Made by a program: the position numbers and the translations under genes | Part shown: positions 50,477-59,544 of the stretch, piece by piece | Layout: each line of letters opens with the position of its first letter | Numbering within the stretch: the stretch's first letter is position 1 | The notes under the pieces: model-generated | What the model saw: the letters and a program-made list of their open reading frames with translations, nothing else | What the model was told of the DNA's origin: nothing | Databases searched by the model: none | Assembly: GCA_002378195.1 (NCBI GenBank) | Contig: DFRJ01000003.1 | Location: forward strand, 32,879-96,878 | Length of the DNA stretch: 64,000 nt | Source: Patescibacteria group bacterium UBA3466 | GTDB lineage: Bacteria; Patescibacteriota; Minisyncoccia; Phycocordibacterales; UBA918 | Reading direction: 5' to 3'

Positions 50477-50719
50477 ATGGCAGGGGTAGCAGTACAAGAG
50501 TGTGTCCCTAGACCGTTTACGGTTATCTGGAACGATAAGCCTAAGCGGGTAAAAGATATCCCAGGAGGACGCGAGGTGATATGGGGGATAACAAAAGCTC
50601 AAGCATTTTCAGCTAGATTCGGTAAGTTATACTGGATCATCGAGGAAATGGAGATTGTTGATGGTATTCAGCTTGAAGAAGATTCTGAGCCATACGACAT
50701 TCTCGCTGTAGCAGTCTGA
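50477..50719 (+). CDS. hypothetical small protein
   Basis: 80-aa ORF. No motif. Confidence 0.25.
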   Translation: MAGVAVQECVPRPFTVIWNDKPKRVKDIPGGREVIWGITKAQAFSARFGKLYWIIEEMEIVDGIQLEEDSEPYDILAVAV

Positions 50720-50765
50720 TTACCAGAACAGTGACAGCAAAGCCGGCAACTGCCGGCTTTTTTAT

Positions 50766-51158
50766 TTAGCTCATCATCGAACTTCTTACTTTGTTGAGAA
50801 GTTCTTTGTTGGTGGTGTGAGCTTTGATGATATATTCATCGCCACCTTCTTCTACCGCCTTAAATACACTTTCAGCATCGTCGCGATTGGTGAGAAATAT
50901 TACAGTGGCGGTTTTGCCCCAGTTGTCTAGGCGTAGTTTTTGTACTGCCTCGTGACCAGAGATGTCAGGCAACATTACATCCATCAAAATGACGTCGGGC
51001 TTGTGTTCAAGGGCAAGCGCAACTCCTTCTTGGCCGGAAGTGGCCGTGATAGTTTCTATGCCAGCTCCTTCTATTACCGTAGCGTACATTTCACGCAACG
51101 CTTCCTCATCCTCAACTATAAGTATTTTTCGATCGGTCATATAAAAATCATAGCACAA
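50766..51158 (-). CDS. receiver-only response regulator
   Basis: KILIVEDEEALREMY ... DVILMDVMLPDISG ... receiver fold. No output domain. Confidence 0.75.
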   Translation of the reverse strand: MCYDFYMTDRKILIVEDEEALREMYATVIEGAGIETITATSGQEGVALALEHKPDVILMDVMLPDISGHEAVQKLRLDNWGKTATVIFLTNRDDAESVFKAVEEGGDEYIIKAHTTNKELLNKVRSSMMS

Positions 51159-51670
51159 AACAAAACAGGCTCACTGGGAGCCTGTAAGTCGGAGAAAAAT
51201 TCGTTCTCTTTAAGGTGAGACCGGCTTAAGCCGGTCTGAAGTACTTAGAAAAAGTTGACGCGTGTCGCTCGCTCCAAGTAAGGGCTATCTGATTTCTGCT
51301 GGGGTGCAGGGTGTGATTTTCGTAGCAACATTCAATGAAGTTGTGAGAGAAACACATCAGCAATACCTGAAGGTAGTTGTAGAGACCGTATGGTAGCGGA
51401 ATCTGATGAACGATATTTGTCTGTTTAAGAACGGGTTGAGTGTGCATAACCATGACCTCCTATACGCTGTACACTCGTAATACTAATATAGCTTTGTTTG
51501 GTATGGCTGAAAAGCATAACCTGTGAATAGTCCACATAATACTAAGGCAAAAATCACGCGTTTTTTACAGCTAAATGCATATGTTTTCAACAGGTTTTCC
51601 ACAGTTTTTCTGGTTAGTTTGGTCTAAAAATGGCTGTTAGAATGCACTCGAACAGTTAATTAAATTTGTT

Positions 51671-52030
51671 ATGACTACAAAAGAAGTGGCTGAACGCTTT
51701 GTGGAGTTGAATCGAGTCAATCCAGAAGGTAGCTCGCAAGTGTATGAAGAGTTGTATAGTCCAGAGATAGTTAGTATTGAAAACTGGGGTGACCGTGAAG
51801 AGTATCAGGGCATGGAGGCTCTGATGGAAAAGGGGAAGCAGTGGGAGTCGATGCTGGAAGAGATGCATGACTACAAGATTAGCGATCCGTTGGTGGCTGA
51901 TAAGAGCTTTGCTGTGACACACTATATGGACGTTACTATGAAAGAAGGTGGGAGGATGCAAATGACTGAACTTGGCACCTACTGGGTTAATGATGAGGGG
52001 AAGATCGTGAGGGAAGAGTATTGTGCGTAA
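51671..52030 (+). CDS. NTF2/SnoaL-like small protein
   Basis: Length and hydrophobic pattern only. Confidence 0.35.
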   Translation: MTTKEVAERFVELNRVNPEGSSQVYEELYSPEIVSIENWGDREEYQGMEALMEKGKQWESMLEEMHDYKISDPLVADKSFAVTHYMDVTMKEGGRMQMTELGTYWVNDEGKIVREEYCA

Positions 52031-52033
52031 ATT

Positions 52034-52068
52034 AAAAGGCCGCGAGCTTCGCTCGCGGCCTTTTGCTT
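52034..52068 (+). terminator. intrinsic terminator
   Basis: aaaaggccgcgagc ttc gctcgcggcctttt. Confidence 0.75.
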
Positions 52069-52150
52069 GCTTCACGAAATAAAGCGCAAATACAGTAGTA
52101 CTATTTAGTGAAGTCGTGCATTATAAAAAAGTAAAAGCATTAACTTAAAT

Positions 52151-52648
52151 ATGAATGAGACCAGTAAGACAATGGTAGTAGCTGGTGGATGCTTCTGGGG
52201 TCTTGAAGACTTACTGCGTACCCAGTCGGGAGTCCTCGATACTGAAGCTGGTTACTGTGGAGGAGAGAATGACAATCCAACTTATGAAAACCATCCGGGT
52301 CATGCGGAAGCGGTTGAAATAGAATATGATCCACAGGTGACTGACTATAAGAAGTTGCTCGACTTCTTTTTTCAGATCCATAATCCAACCACCCTCAACC
52401 AGCAAGGTAACGACCGAGGAACGTCATACCGGTCAGCGATTTTCTTTGCAAACGACGAAGAGAAGCGAGTTGCAGAAGAAATGATCTTGATTGTGAATGA
52501 GTCTGGACGCTGGGATGATCCCGTCGTCACTTCGCTCGAGCCGCTTACCAGATTCTGGCCTGCTGAAGAATATCATCAAGATTATCTGCAAAAGAACCCA
52601 CGTGGTTATACTTGCCATGCAGTTTATTTTGACTCTTATCTAGATTAA
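52151..52648 (+). CDS. msrA: peptide methionine sulfoxide reductase MsrA
   Basis: GGCFWGLE active-site motif. Confidence 0.9.
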   Translation: MNETSKTMVVAGGCFWGLEDLLRTQSGVLDTEAGYCGGENDNPTYENHPGHAEAVEIEYDPQVTDYKKLLDFFFQIHNPTTLNQQGNDRGTSYRSAIFFANDEEKRVAEEMILIVNESGRWDDPVVTSLEPLTRFWPAEEYHQDYLQKNPRGYTCHAVYFDSYLD

Positions 52649-52650
52649 TA

Positions 52651-52690
52651 AGAAAAGGCCGGCGCGAAGCGCCGGCCTTTTCTTATTGTT
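52651..52690. terminator. bidirectional terminator
   Basis: aaaaggccggcgc gaa gcgccggcctttt. Confidence 0.75.
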
Positions 52691-53948
52691 TTGGTACAAA
52701 GGTGAGTGCTTCTCCTTTGTTCACCCCGCGTCCAGTTCGACCAATTCGGTGTACGTAATCTTCAAACGTACTTGGTAGGTCGTAATTGATCACATGAGTT
52801 ACGTTGTCGACGTGGATACCGCGAGCAGCGACATCGGTGGCCACAAGCACTCGAGCGTTACCGCTCTTGAAGGCATTTAGAGAACGTTGTCTTTGCCCGT
52901 GCGATTTGTTGCCGTGAATTGATTCAGCTTTGACTCCGTGTTGACACAGTTCGTTAGCTAACTTTTCTACACTGTGTTTCATGGCGCCGAATATCACTAC
53001 TCTCTTCAGATTATCTTTGGCCAAGAGAGCTAGTAGAGTGTCAAACTTATGAGTGTGCTCGTAAGGCACAACATCTTGGGTGATGCTGTTGGTCACATCC
53101 TTCTTTTTAACTGAGACTGTCTCAGGATTGACCATAAAATCATTCACTAGTCTCTCAGCTTCTTTGGTCATGGTGGCAGAGAAGAAAAGCGTTTGACGAT
53201 CTTTTCGCACGTCTTCCAGGATTTTTCTCATGTCATGAATGAAGCCCATGTCGAGCATACGGTCAGCCTCGTCTAAGACTACGTTCGTAATCTTGTGAGT
53301 CTTGATTTCGCCTCGATCTATGAGGTCTAAGACACGTCCGGGGGTACCGATAATAAATTGGTTATGTCGCTTGAGAGCTCTGATTTGCGGACGAATGCTG
53401 GTACCACCAACACAGGTGGTGGCAAACATCTTGAAGTCACCCTTAAACTTACGAAATTCCTGTTCGGCTTGAATCGCTAATTCTCTCGTAGGAGCAAGGA
53501 TTAGTGTTACCTCTTGCTTATTGCTAAGAGTTTTTTGAATAAGGGGAAGTAGGAAGGCTGCAGTCTTACCAGAACCAGTTTCAGCCAGACCAATCACGTC
53601 TTTACCTTTAGCGATAAGAGGAATGATTTGGTCTTGAATAGGGGAAGGGGTCTCAATACCCTGACTGGTCACCGCTTTAACGATTTTGGGATGAAAACCA
53701 AAGTCATTAAAAGTATTTTTGGCCACATACTCTACCTCTTCCACTTCAACCGGATTCTTGTTTATGAATTGTGATGGGTTGAAAGTCGGTTGCTTTCGGC
53801 CACCACCACTTCGTCCTCTACTATTTCGCTGGCGGTGTGAAAAACTGCGACCTGGTCGCTTACGATTAAAAGAATTATTGGCTGGTCCTCTAGAACCAGA
53901 ATAGTTTCGACGTCGTCTTTGCGGACGTCTTGAAGTTTCCGTTGTCAT
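52683..53948 (-). CDS. DEAD-box ATP-dependent RNA helicase
   Basis: AETGSGKT, DEAD and SAT motifs. Arg/Gly-rich N-terminal tail. Confidence 0.9.
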   Translation of the reverse strand: MTTETSRRPQRRRRNYSGSRGPANNSFNRKRPGRSFSHRQRNSRGRSGGGRKQPTFNPSQFINKNPVEVEEVEYVAKNTFNDFGFHPKIVKAVTSQGIETPSPIQDQIIPLIAKGKDVIGLAETGSGKTAAFLLPLIQKTLSNKQEVTLILAPTRELAIQAEQEFRKFKGDFKMFATTCVGGTSIRPQIRALKRHNQFIIGTPGRVLDLIDRGEIKTHKITNVVLDEADRMLDMGFIHDMRKILEDVRKDRQTLFFSATMTKEAERLVNDFMVNPETVSVKKKDVTNSITQDVVPYEHTHKFDTLLALLAKDNLKRVVIFGAMKHSVEKLANELCQHGVKAESIHGNKSHGQRQRSLNAFKSGNARVLVATDVAARGIHVDNVTHVINYDLPSTFEDYVHRIGRTGRGVNKGEALTFVPKQ

Positions 53949-54129
53949 TTAGTTTTTAGTTGAGACTTGTGTCTCAGGCGTGCAGGCGGGTTATTTATAG
54001 AAGCCAATGCAGCCAGCACAAGTACAAAAGCGTTGAGATACAATAATATAAATTAGGAAAGTGTCAAGTTTTAAGTTGTTCACTGCTTAACTTAGCAGTT
54101 CCCTTAAATCACTCTTGTATACTATTTTT

Positions 54130-55521
54130 ATGACACTCAAATTACAGGCAGATTACAACCGCGCCTTTAAGGCGGCAGATATTCGAGGTATTTACCCAAC
54201 AGAAATAGATGATGAGTTAGTTTACTTTATTGGTAGAGCCTTTGTGGAGGAGTTTGGTTATAAGAGGTTGGTGGTGGCTAGAGATATGCGAATACATAGC
54301 GATGGTTTGTATGAAGCTTTTGTTAAAGGAGCAACAGACTCCGGCGCGTCAATTGTAGATGTTGGAATGGTGCATTCTCCGGCACTTTATTACGCTTCAG
54401 GCACGCTCGATCTGCCAGGAGTAATGATTACAGCGTCTCATAGTCCCAAGGATTATCATGGTCTCAAGCTGGTGCACGCTCAAGCGATTCCGCTAACCGA
54501 AAAGACCGGCTTAAATAAAATTCGCCGACGCATCGAGAGAGGGCAGTTTATTGATGCGAAAAAGCGCGGCCGGATCACCAAGAAGAACGTTCTGAAGGGT
54601 TATCAAAAGTTTGTGCTGAAGGGCTTTAAGGCCAAGCAAGTGGCTGGCATGAAAATTGCGTGCGATGCTGGTAATGGTATGGCCGGAGTACTTTTGCCTT
54701 TGCTGCAAGAAAAACTCCCAGCTAAATTTGATGTTATGTTCGGTAAGCTTGATGGGCGGTTTCCCAACCGAGATTCTGATCCCACTTTGAGTAAAAACCA
54801 ACGTCAGCTGAAGGATCGCCTGAAGAAAAAGAAATATGATTTTGGTATCTCTTTTGACGGTGACGGTGACCGAATTGCCTTTTTGGATGAAACTGGCAAG
54901 TATGTAAATAGCGCAGATATTGGAGCGTTGATTGCGGGTAGACTGTTGGCTAAAGAGCCTAAGGCTAAGCTGGGGTATACAATGCTGACTAGTCGATCTT
55001 ATGAAGAAGCAATTAAAGCTGATGGAGGTAAGCCGGTGATTATGCGGGTTGGACACGCTTTCATTAAAGACAGTATGCGAAAAAAGGATGTGATTTTTGC
55101 TTGTGAGCACTCAGGTCATTTTTACTTCAAAGATTACTTCTTTACAGATTCGGTCACTCTGACTTTATTGGCGGTAATGGAAGCTTACGCTGAGGCAAAA
55201 GCTGAGGGTAAGACCTTTGGTCAGATGGTTAAACCTTGTCAAAAGTACAAACAAACTGAGGATGTGATTGTGTTGGTTAAAGATAAAAAGTTGGCCCTAG
55301 CCAAGACCGAAAAATTTATCACCACAAAATTAAAACCAAAGAGCATCAAGAGATTTGATGGCTTAGTGGTAGATTGCGGTGACGTCTGGGGAGGGGTGAA
55401 GGTTAGTGTGACCGAATATGCGCTTAAGGTGATGTTTGAGTCGGCGAACAAAAAGTTGGCCAAGGAGACTCAGGACAAGATCGTCGCCTACATCAAAAGC
55501 ATCGCAAACGCTACCAAATAA
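54130..55521 (+). CDS. phosphomannomutase/phosphoglucomutase
   Basis: TASHSPKDYHG active-site serine loop and FDGDGDR metal-binding loop. Confidence 0.75.
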   Translation: MTLKLQADYNRAFKAADIRGIYPTEIDDELVYFIGRAFVEEFGYKRLVVARDMRIHSDGLYEAFVKGATDSGASIVDVGMVHSPALYYASGTLDLPGVMITASHSPKDYHGLKLVHAQAIPLTEKTGLNKIRRRIERGQFIDAKKRGRITKKNVLKGYQKFVLKGFKAKQVAGMKIACDAGNGMAGVLLPLLQEKLPAKFDVMFGKLDGRFPNRDSDPTLSKNQRQLKDRLKKKKYDFGISFDGDGDRIAFLDETGKYVNSADIGALIAGRLLAKEPKAKLGYTMLTSRSYEEAIKADGGKPVIMRVGHAFIKDSMRKKDVIFACEHSGHFYFKDYFFTDSVTLTLLAVMEAYAEAKAEGKTFGQMVKPCQKYKQTEDVIVLVKDKKLALAKTEKFITTKLKPKSIKRFDGLVVDCGDVWGGVKVSVTEYALKVMFESANKKLAKETQDKIVAYIKSIANATK

Positions 55522-55545
55522 ACACAAACGTGCTAGGATGCCGCT

Positions 55546-56295
55546 ATGAAAAAAGGAACCGAATACATATTTGGTAAACATGCCGCCAAAGAGGTTTTGG
55601 AAACAAGGCCGGATATTGTCGTCGAGGTAGTGTTGGCGGCGGATTTTTCGGATGAGGACATTTTGCGCTTGGTAGATCAGGCCAAAATCCCAGTCAAGGT
55701 CCTAAATCCGAAAAATCCGCCGCGCGGAATTTCTTCTAACGCCGCTCATCAGGGGGTGGTAATCGGGCTTCATCCTGACAAGCTGACTGTGCCGTATAAA
55801 GAGTTTAAAGAATCTTTGTCGGTGGGGGAACATACTGCTTTGTTGGTGTTGGGGGAAGTGCAGGATCCACATAATGTAGGAGCAGTGATTCGCTCAGCGG
55901 CTGCCTTTGGTATTAAAGGGGTGCTGATTCCACCGCATAATCAGGCACCAGTTACTGGAACCGTAGTAAAGGTTTCGGCAGGAATGGCTTTTAAGATTCC
56001 GTTGGTTACCATTCCAAATGTCAACTCAACTATTCGTGACCTGCAAGACAGTGGGTTTTGGGTGTATGGCCTGGAGGGGAAGGGTTCAACTAATTCCGTA
56101 GATGAAAAATTCACTAAGCCGTCAGTCTTTGTGCTTGGTAACGAAGGTTCAGGCTTGCGTGAAAAAACGAAAGAGGTGTGTGACGAATTAATTTCCATTC
56201 CTATTCATTCCCAGTGCGAGTCGCTGAATGCTGCGGCAGCCACCGCCATTGTGCTAGCTAGTTGGAGTGCTCAACACCAAATAGCTTTGTCTTAA
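55546..56295 (+). CDS. SpoU/TrmH-family RNA 2'-O-methyltransferase (RlmB-like)
   Basis: N-terminal substrate-binding domain and C-terminal SPOUT knot motifs (LVLGNEGSGL, IPIHS...SLNAA). Confidence 0.7.
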   Translation: MKKGTEYIFGKHAAKEVLETRPDIVVEVVLAADFSDEDILRLVDQAKIPVKVLNPKNPPRGISSNAAHQGVVIGLHPDKLTVPYKEFKESLSVGEHTALLVLGEVQDPHNVGAVIRSAAAFGIKGVLIPPHNQAPVTGTVVKVSAGMAFKIPLVTIPNVNSTIRDLQDSGFWVYGLEGKGSTNSVDEKFTKPSVFVLGNEGSGLREKTKEVCDELISIPIHSQCESLNAAAATAIVLASWSAQHQIALS

Positions 56296-56370
56296 TAAGG
56301 AGGCTAGTGTAATATTCTAGTTAATGTGATTCGCTGTTACTTAATTGGCGGACTCTTTTAAATAAAACTT

Positions 56371-57165
56371 ATGAATGAGAACGAAACAAAAACCACTACG
56401 CCAGAAGTAACTGCGGTACCAGAACAAGCATCGGTGGCTGCAACTGAGGCGGTGGTTAAAAAATCTAATATTAAATTATACGTAGGGACATTTTTGATCG
56501 TTGGTGTAATTTTCTTCGGGGTACTTTACTTATTGGAAAAAGAAGGCCGGTCTTCGACTAGTATCTTCAGCTCGGTAATCGAAGCGCAAGAAGCCAAAAA
56601 GGTGGTGGCAGTAGTGAATGGAGAAGAGATTATAAACGCTGATTTACAGACCAGTGTAGATCAGTTTAGCCAGATGGCAGCTGCTCAGGGAGTAGATATC
56701 ACCAATCCTTCAGCTCAAGCAGAAATTCGTAGTCAGTCTTTGGAAGTACTAATTAATACTGAGCTATTGTTACAGGAGGCTGATAATCGTCAAATCGAGA
56801 TAGCTCAATCGGAACTTGATGCTCGACTCGATGACATCGTTGAACAAATGGGTGGCCAAGACGCGCTTGATACGAGAATGGTCGAGCTGGGTATCGATGC
56901 AGAAACTCTTCGCGTCGATATTGAAGAGGAGCTTTTGATTCAAGAGCTACTCGACCAAGTTTTTGTAGAGGCAAGTATTGAAGTGACAGAGGAAGAAATT
57001 TTGGAGGTGTACGATACGGCTGGAGGAGAAGAGGGTGGTTTGCCAGCTCTAGAGGAAGTGAGAGAACAGGTTCAGGCACAGATTATTACTTCAAAGGAAC
57101 AATCAGCCATAGATGCGTTCATTGTTGATCTAAAAGAAGGTTCAGACATTGAGATTATTGAGTAG
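56371..57165 (+). CDS. membrane-anchored SurA-N-like chaperone domain protein
   Basis: Single TM. Acidic helical domain with VNGEEIINADL, resembling the SurA/PpiD N-terminal region. Confidence 0.3.
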   Translation: MNENETKTTTPEVTAVPEQASVAATEAVVKKSNIKLYVGTFLIVGVIFFGVLYLLEKEGRSSTSIFSSVIEAQEAKKVVAVVNGEEIINADLQTSVDQFSQMAAAQGVDITNPSAQAEIRSQSLEVLINTELLLQEADNRQIEIAQSELDARLDDIVEQMGGQDALDTRMVELGIDAETLRVDIEEELLIQELLDQVFVEASIEVTEEEILEVYDTAGGEEGGLPALEEVREQVQAQIITSKEQSAIDAFIVDLKEGSDIEIIE

Positions 57166-57173
57166 GTAGTTTC

Positions 57174-57212
57174 AAAAAAGGCCGGCGCCCGGAGGGCGCC
57201 GGCCTTTTTTGA
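57174..57212 (+). terminator. intrinsic terminator
   Basis: aaaaaaggccggcgccc ggag ggcgccggcctttttt. Confidence 0.8.
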
Positions 57213-57257
57213 ATAACCCATAATTAAACCGTGTCACACTTGTTATACTTGAGGCAC

Positions 57258-58511
57258 ATGTCAAAGAAAGAAGTCGATTACGTGAAGTTACTTACATACA
57301 AACCGCAAGAACGAATGCAGATTCTGCGCGGCATGAGTTTGCCTGAGAAAAGTGCGACTTTTGAAAAGTTGTCTCCGTACGTCCAACAATCAATCTTAAA
57401 ACAACTAGCCACTCATGAGATTGTTGATATGTTGGATCATCTCGATATGCAGCAAGCACAACGCATCATCGCGCGTATTAGTAGCGGTAAACGGCGGGAC
57501 AAAATTGTGCAGCGGTTAAAAGGTGATGTAAAAGAAAAAATCGAGTACTTTTTACGTTTCCATCCTAAGGCGACGCTTTCTTTAATTAATTTTAATTATC
57601 TCTTTTTAGATAGTAATCTGACCATCAAGCAAGCGGCTGAAATTATCGGCGAACATTATGAAGAGACCGCTCGTTATCCCGAAGTGCTGGTCCATAAAAA
57701 TGGTGAACTGCTTGGCGAGGTTCAGTTATCGTCAGTGGTGCGAGAGCGTTCTACTAGTAAGTTGGCTAAGTTTGCTAAGCCGGTGCAGACCATGACTTAT
57801 CAATCCGAGGTGAACGAGATTATCGATAATCTGGTTAGTACGAATAGTAAAAAGATGGTCGTGTTGGATCATGATACTAGCGTGCTCGGCATTATTTATG
57901 CTGATTCAGCCCGGATGCTGTTTGGGCATTTACCAGCCGAATCGCTTTATGATTTTGCTGGAGTAGATGATAGTGAAAAACCGTTCGATAGTATTGGTAA
58001 AAAAGTTAAGAACCGGTATCGCTGGTTAATCTTAAACCTAGCCACGTCATTTTTGGCTGGTTCAGTAGTGCTGGCTTTTCAAGACACGCTTGATGTTTTG
58101 ACTATTCTGGCTGTGTATATCCCGATCATTGCCGGTATGGGAGGAAATGCTGCTACCCAATCTTTTGCTATTATGATGCGAGGCCTTACTCTCGGTACCA
58201 TAACTCTGCAGACTTCTCTGCCAGCGATTCTAAAAGAGTTGGTCGCTGGCGTTATCAACGGCTTTATCATCGGTGGTATTGTTGCTCTGATTTCAGCTGT
58301 CTGGAACGGTGAACCACTATTGGGTCTAGTGGTAGGTGCCGCGTTAATTGGCGCGCACACCGTAGCAGCGATTGCTGGTACGTTCGTGCCGTTGTTTATG
58401 AAGCATATTGGAAAAGATCCGGCAGCCACTTCTACGATTTTTATTACCACCATTACTGATGTGCTTGGTTTGCTATTCTTGCTAGGTTTGTCAACGATTG
58501 TTTTACTCTAG
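57258..58511 (+). CDS. mgtE: magnesium transporter MgtE
   Basis: MgtE N-domain, CBS pair, five-TM C-terminal domain. Confidence 0.8.
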   Translation: MSKKEVDYVKLLTYKPQERMQILRGMSLPEKSATFEKLSPYVQQSILKQLATHEIVDMLDHLDMQQAQRIIARISSGKRRDKIVQRLKGDVKEKIEYFLRFHPKATLSLINFNYLFLDSNLTIKQAAEIIGEHYEETARYPEVLVHKNGELLGEVQLSSVVRERSTSKLAKFAKPVQTMTYQSEVNEIIDNLVSTNSKKMVVLDHDTSVLGIIYADSARMLFGHLPAESLYDFAGVDDSEKPFDSIGKKVKNRYRWLILNLATSFLAGSVVLAFQDTLDVLTILAVYIPIIAGMGGNAATQSFAIMMRGLTLGTITLQTSLPAILKELVAGVINGFIIGGIVALISAVWNGEPLLGLVVGAALIGAHTVAAIAGTFVPLFMKHIGKDPAATSTIFITTITDVLGLLFLLGLSTIVLL

Positions 58512-58532
58512 AATGTTATAATCGATACTGAT

Positions 58533-59084
58533 ATGAAAACTGCTGAAAGAGTAGTGATGGTTTTGATTGTGCTGTGCTTTATTTTTGGCATCGCCTATAT
58601 TTTTTATGCGGTTGAGCATGATCGGCAAGAGGTGCGTGATGCTGTAGCCCGTGGTGAATACGAGATACCACTCGATCGAGATGAGGATGATCTTGGCCAA
58701 GAAGCTTGGCGTGAAATTTATCCAAATACTGTTCCATTACAGATAGGGAGGACACGAGTGCGGGCTTCGGTGGCGGATGAATTATCAGAACGTATCCAAG
58801 GTTTGTCCGATACACCCTTTCTGCCCGATGATGTAGTAAAGCTGTTTGTATTCGGAGCGCTCGGCGACCACGCTATTTGGATGAAGGATATGAATTATTC
58901 TATTGATATCATGTGGGCTTCAAAGGAGGGAGACATATTACACATCATTGAAAATGTGTCGCCAGATACTTACCCGGCCTCATTTGGCTCGCCGGTCCCG
59001 TCTTGGTACGTAATAGAAGCGGCTGCCGGATTTGTTGATGCTAACGAAATCGAGGTGGGTGACAAAATTACGCTGATAGACTAG
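58533..59084 (+). CDS. DUF192-family protein
   Basis: N-terminal TM. HAIWMKDMNYSIDIMW ... SWYVIEAAAGF matches the DUF192/COG1430 pattern. Confidence 0.5.
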   Translation: MKTAERVVMVLIVLCFIFGIAYIFYAVEHDRQEVRDAVARGEYEIPLDRDEDDLGQEAWREIYPNTVPLQIGRTRVRASVADELSERIQGLSDTPFLPDDVVKLFVFGALGDHAIWMKDMNYSIDIMWASKEGDILHIIENVSPDTYPASFGSPVPSWYVIEAAAGFVDANEIEVGDKITLID

Positions 59085-59132
59085 TCAGACTATAATATAT
59101 TGCATAAAATCAATATCATTGTATAATATTTT

Positions 59133-59472
59133 CCGCACGATGATCGCCTCATTTCGATGAGGAGGAAAGTCCGGACACGCCCTTTTTATAAGGAGGACGG
59201 TAGCGGGTAACACCCGTCGAACGTAAGTTAGAGATGCGAGCAGAGACGTCGAAAGCGAAAGCGGACGAATTCCTTCGGGAATAGCCAAATAGGTAACTAT
59301 TTGGGTGAAACGGCTAAATTCTTACCTGCGTGCAAGACCGTGTCCCACTGCTCTTTATCCCAATTTGGGATAAAGAGCAGTGGGGAGAGTCGCAAGAGTT
59401 GGTCAGCAATGGCCAGCCTAGGTAAATGATCATCCAGGCTTCGGTCTGACAGAATCCGGCTTATGTGCTGAA
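59133..59472 (+). ncRNA. rnpB: RNase P RNA (bacterial type A-like)
   Basis: GAGGAAAGUCCGG P4 5' strand and ACAGAAUCCGGCUUA P4 3' strand. Upstream TATAAT at 59122. Extended hairpin cccactgctctttatccc..gggataaagagcagtggg. Confidence 0.75.
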
Positions 59473-59502
59473 AAACACCCGTAAGGGTGTTTTTTGCTTG
59501 TG
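59468..59502 (+). terminator. intrinsic terminator after rnpB
   Basis: aaaaacacccgtaagggtgtttttt. Confidence 0.7.
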
Positions 59503-59544
59503 TTAAAATATATCTAATCTTTACAAGAGGGGTATTATTTTTTT

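Noticed and set aside
59085-59288. Minus-strand 67-aa ORF
   Set aside because: It overlaps the RNase P RNA gene, whose conserved P4 motifs explain the region.
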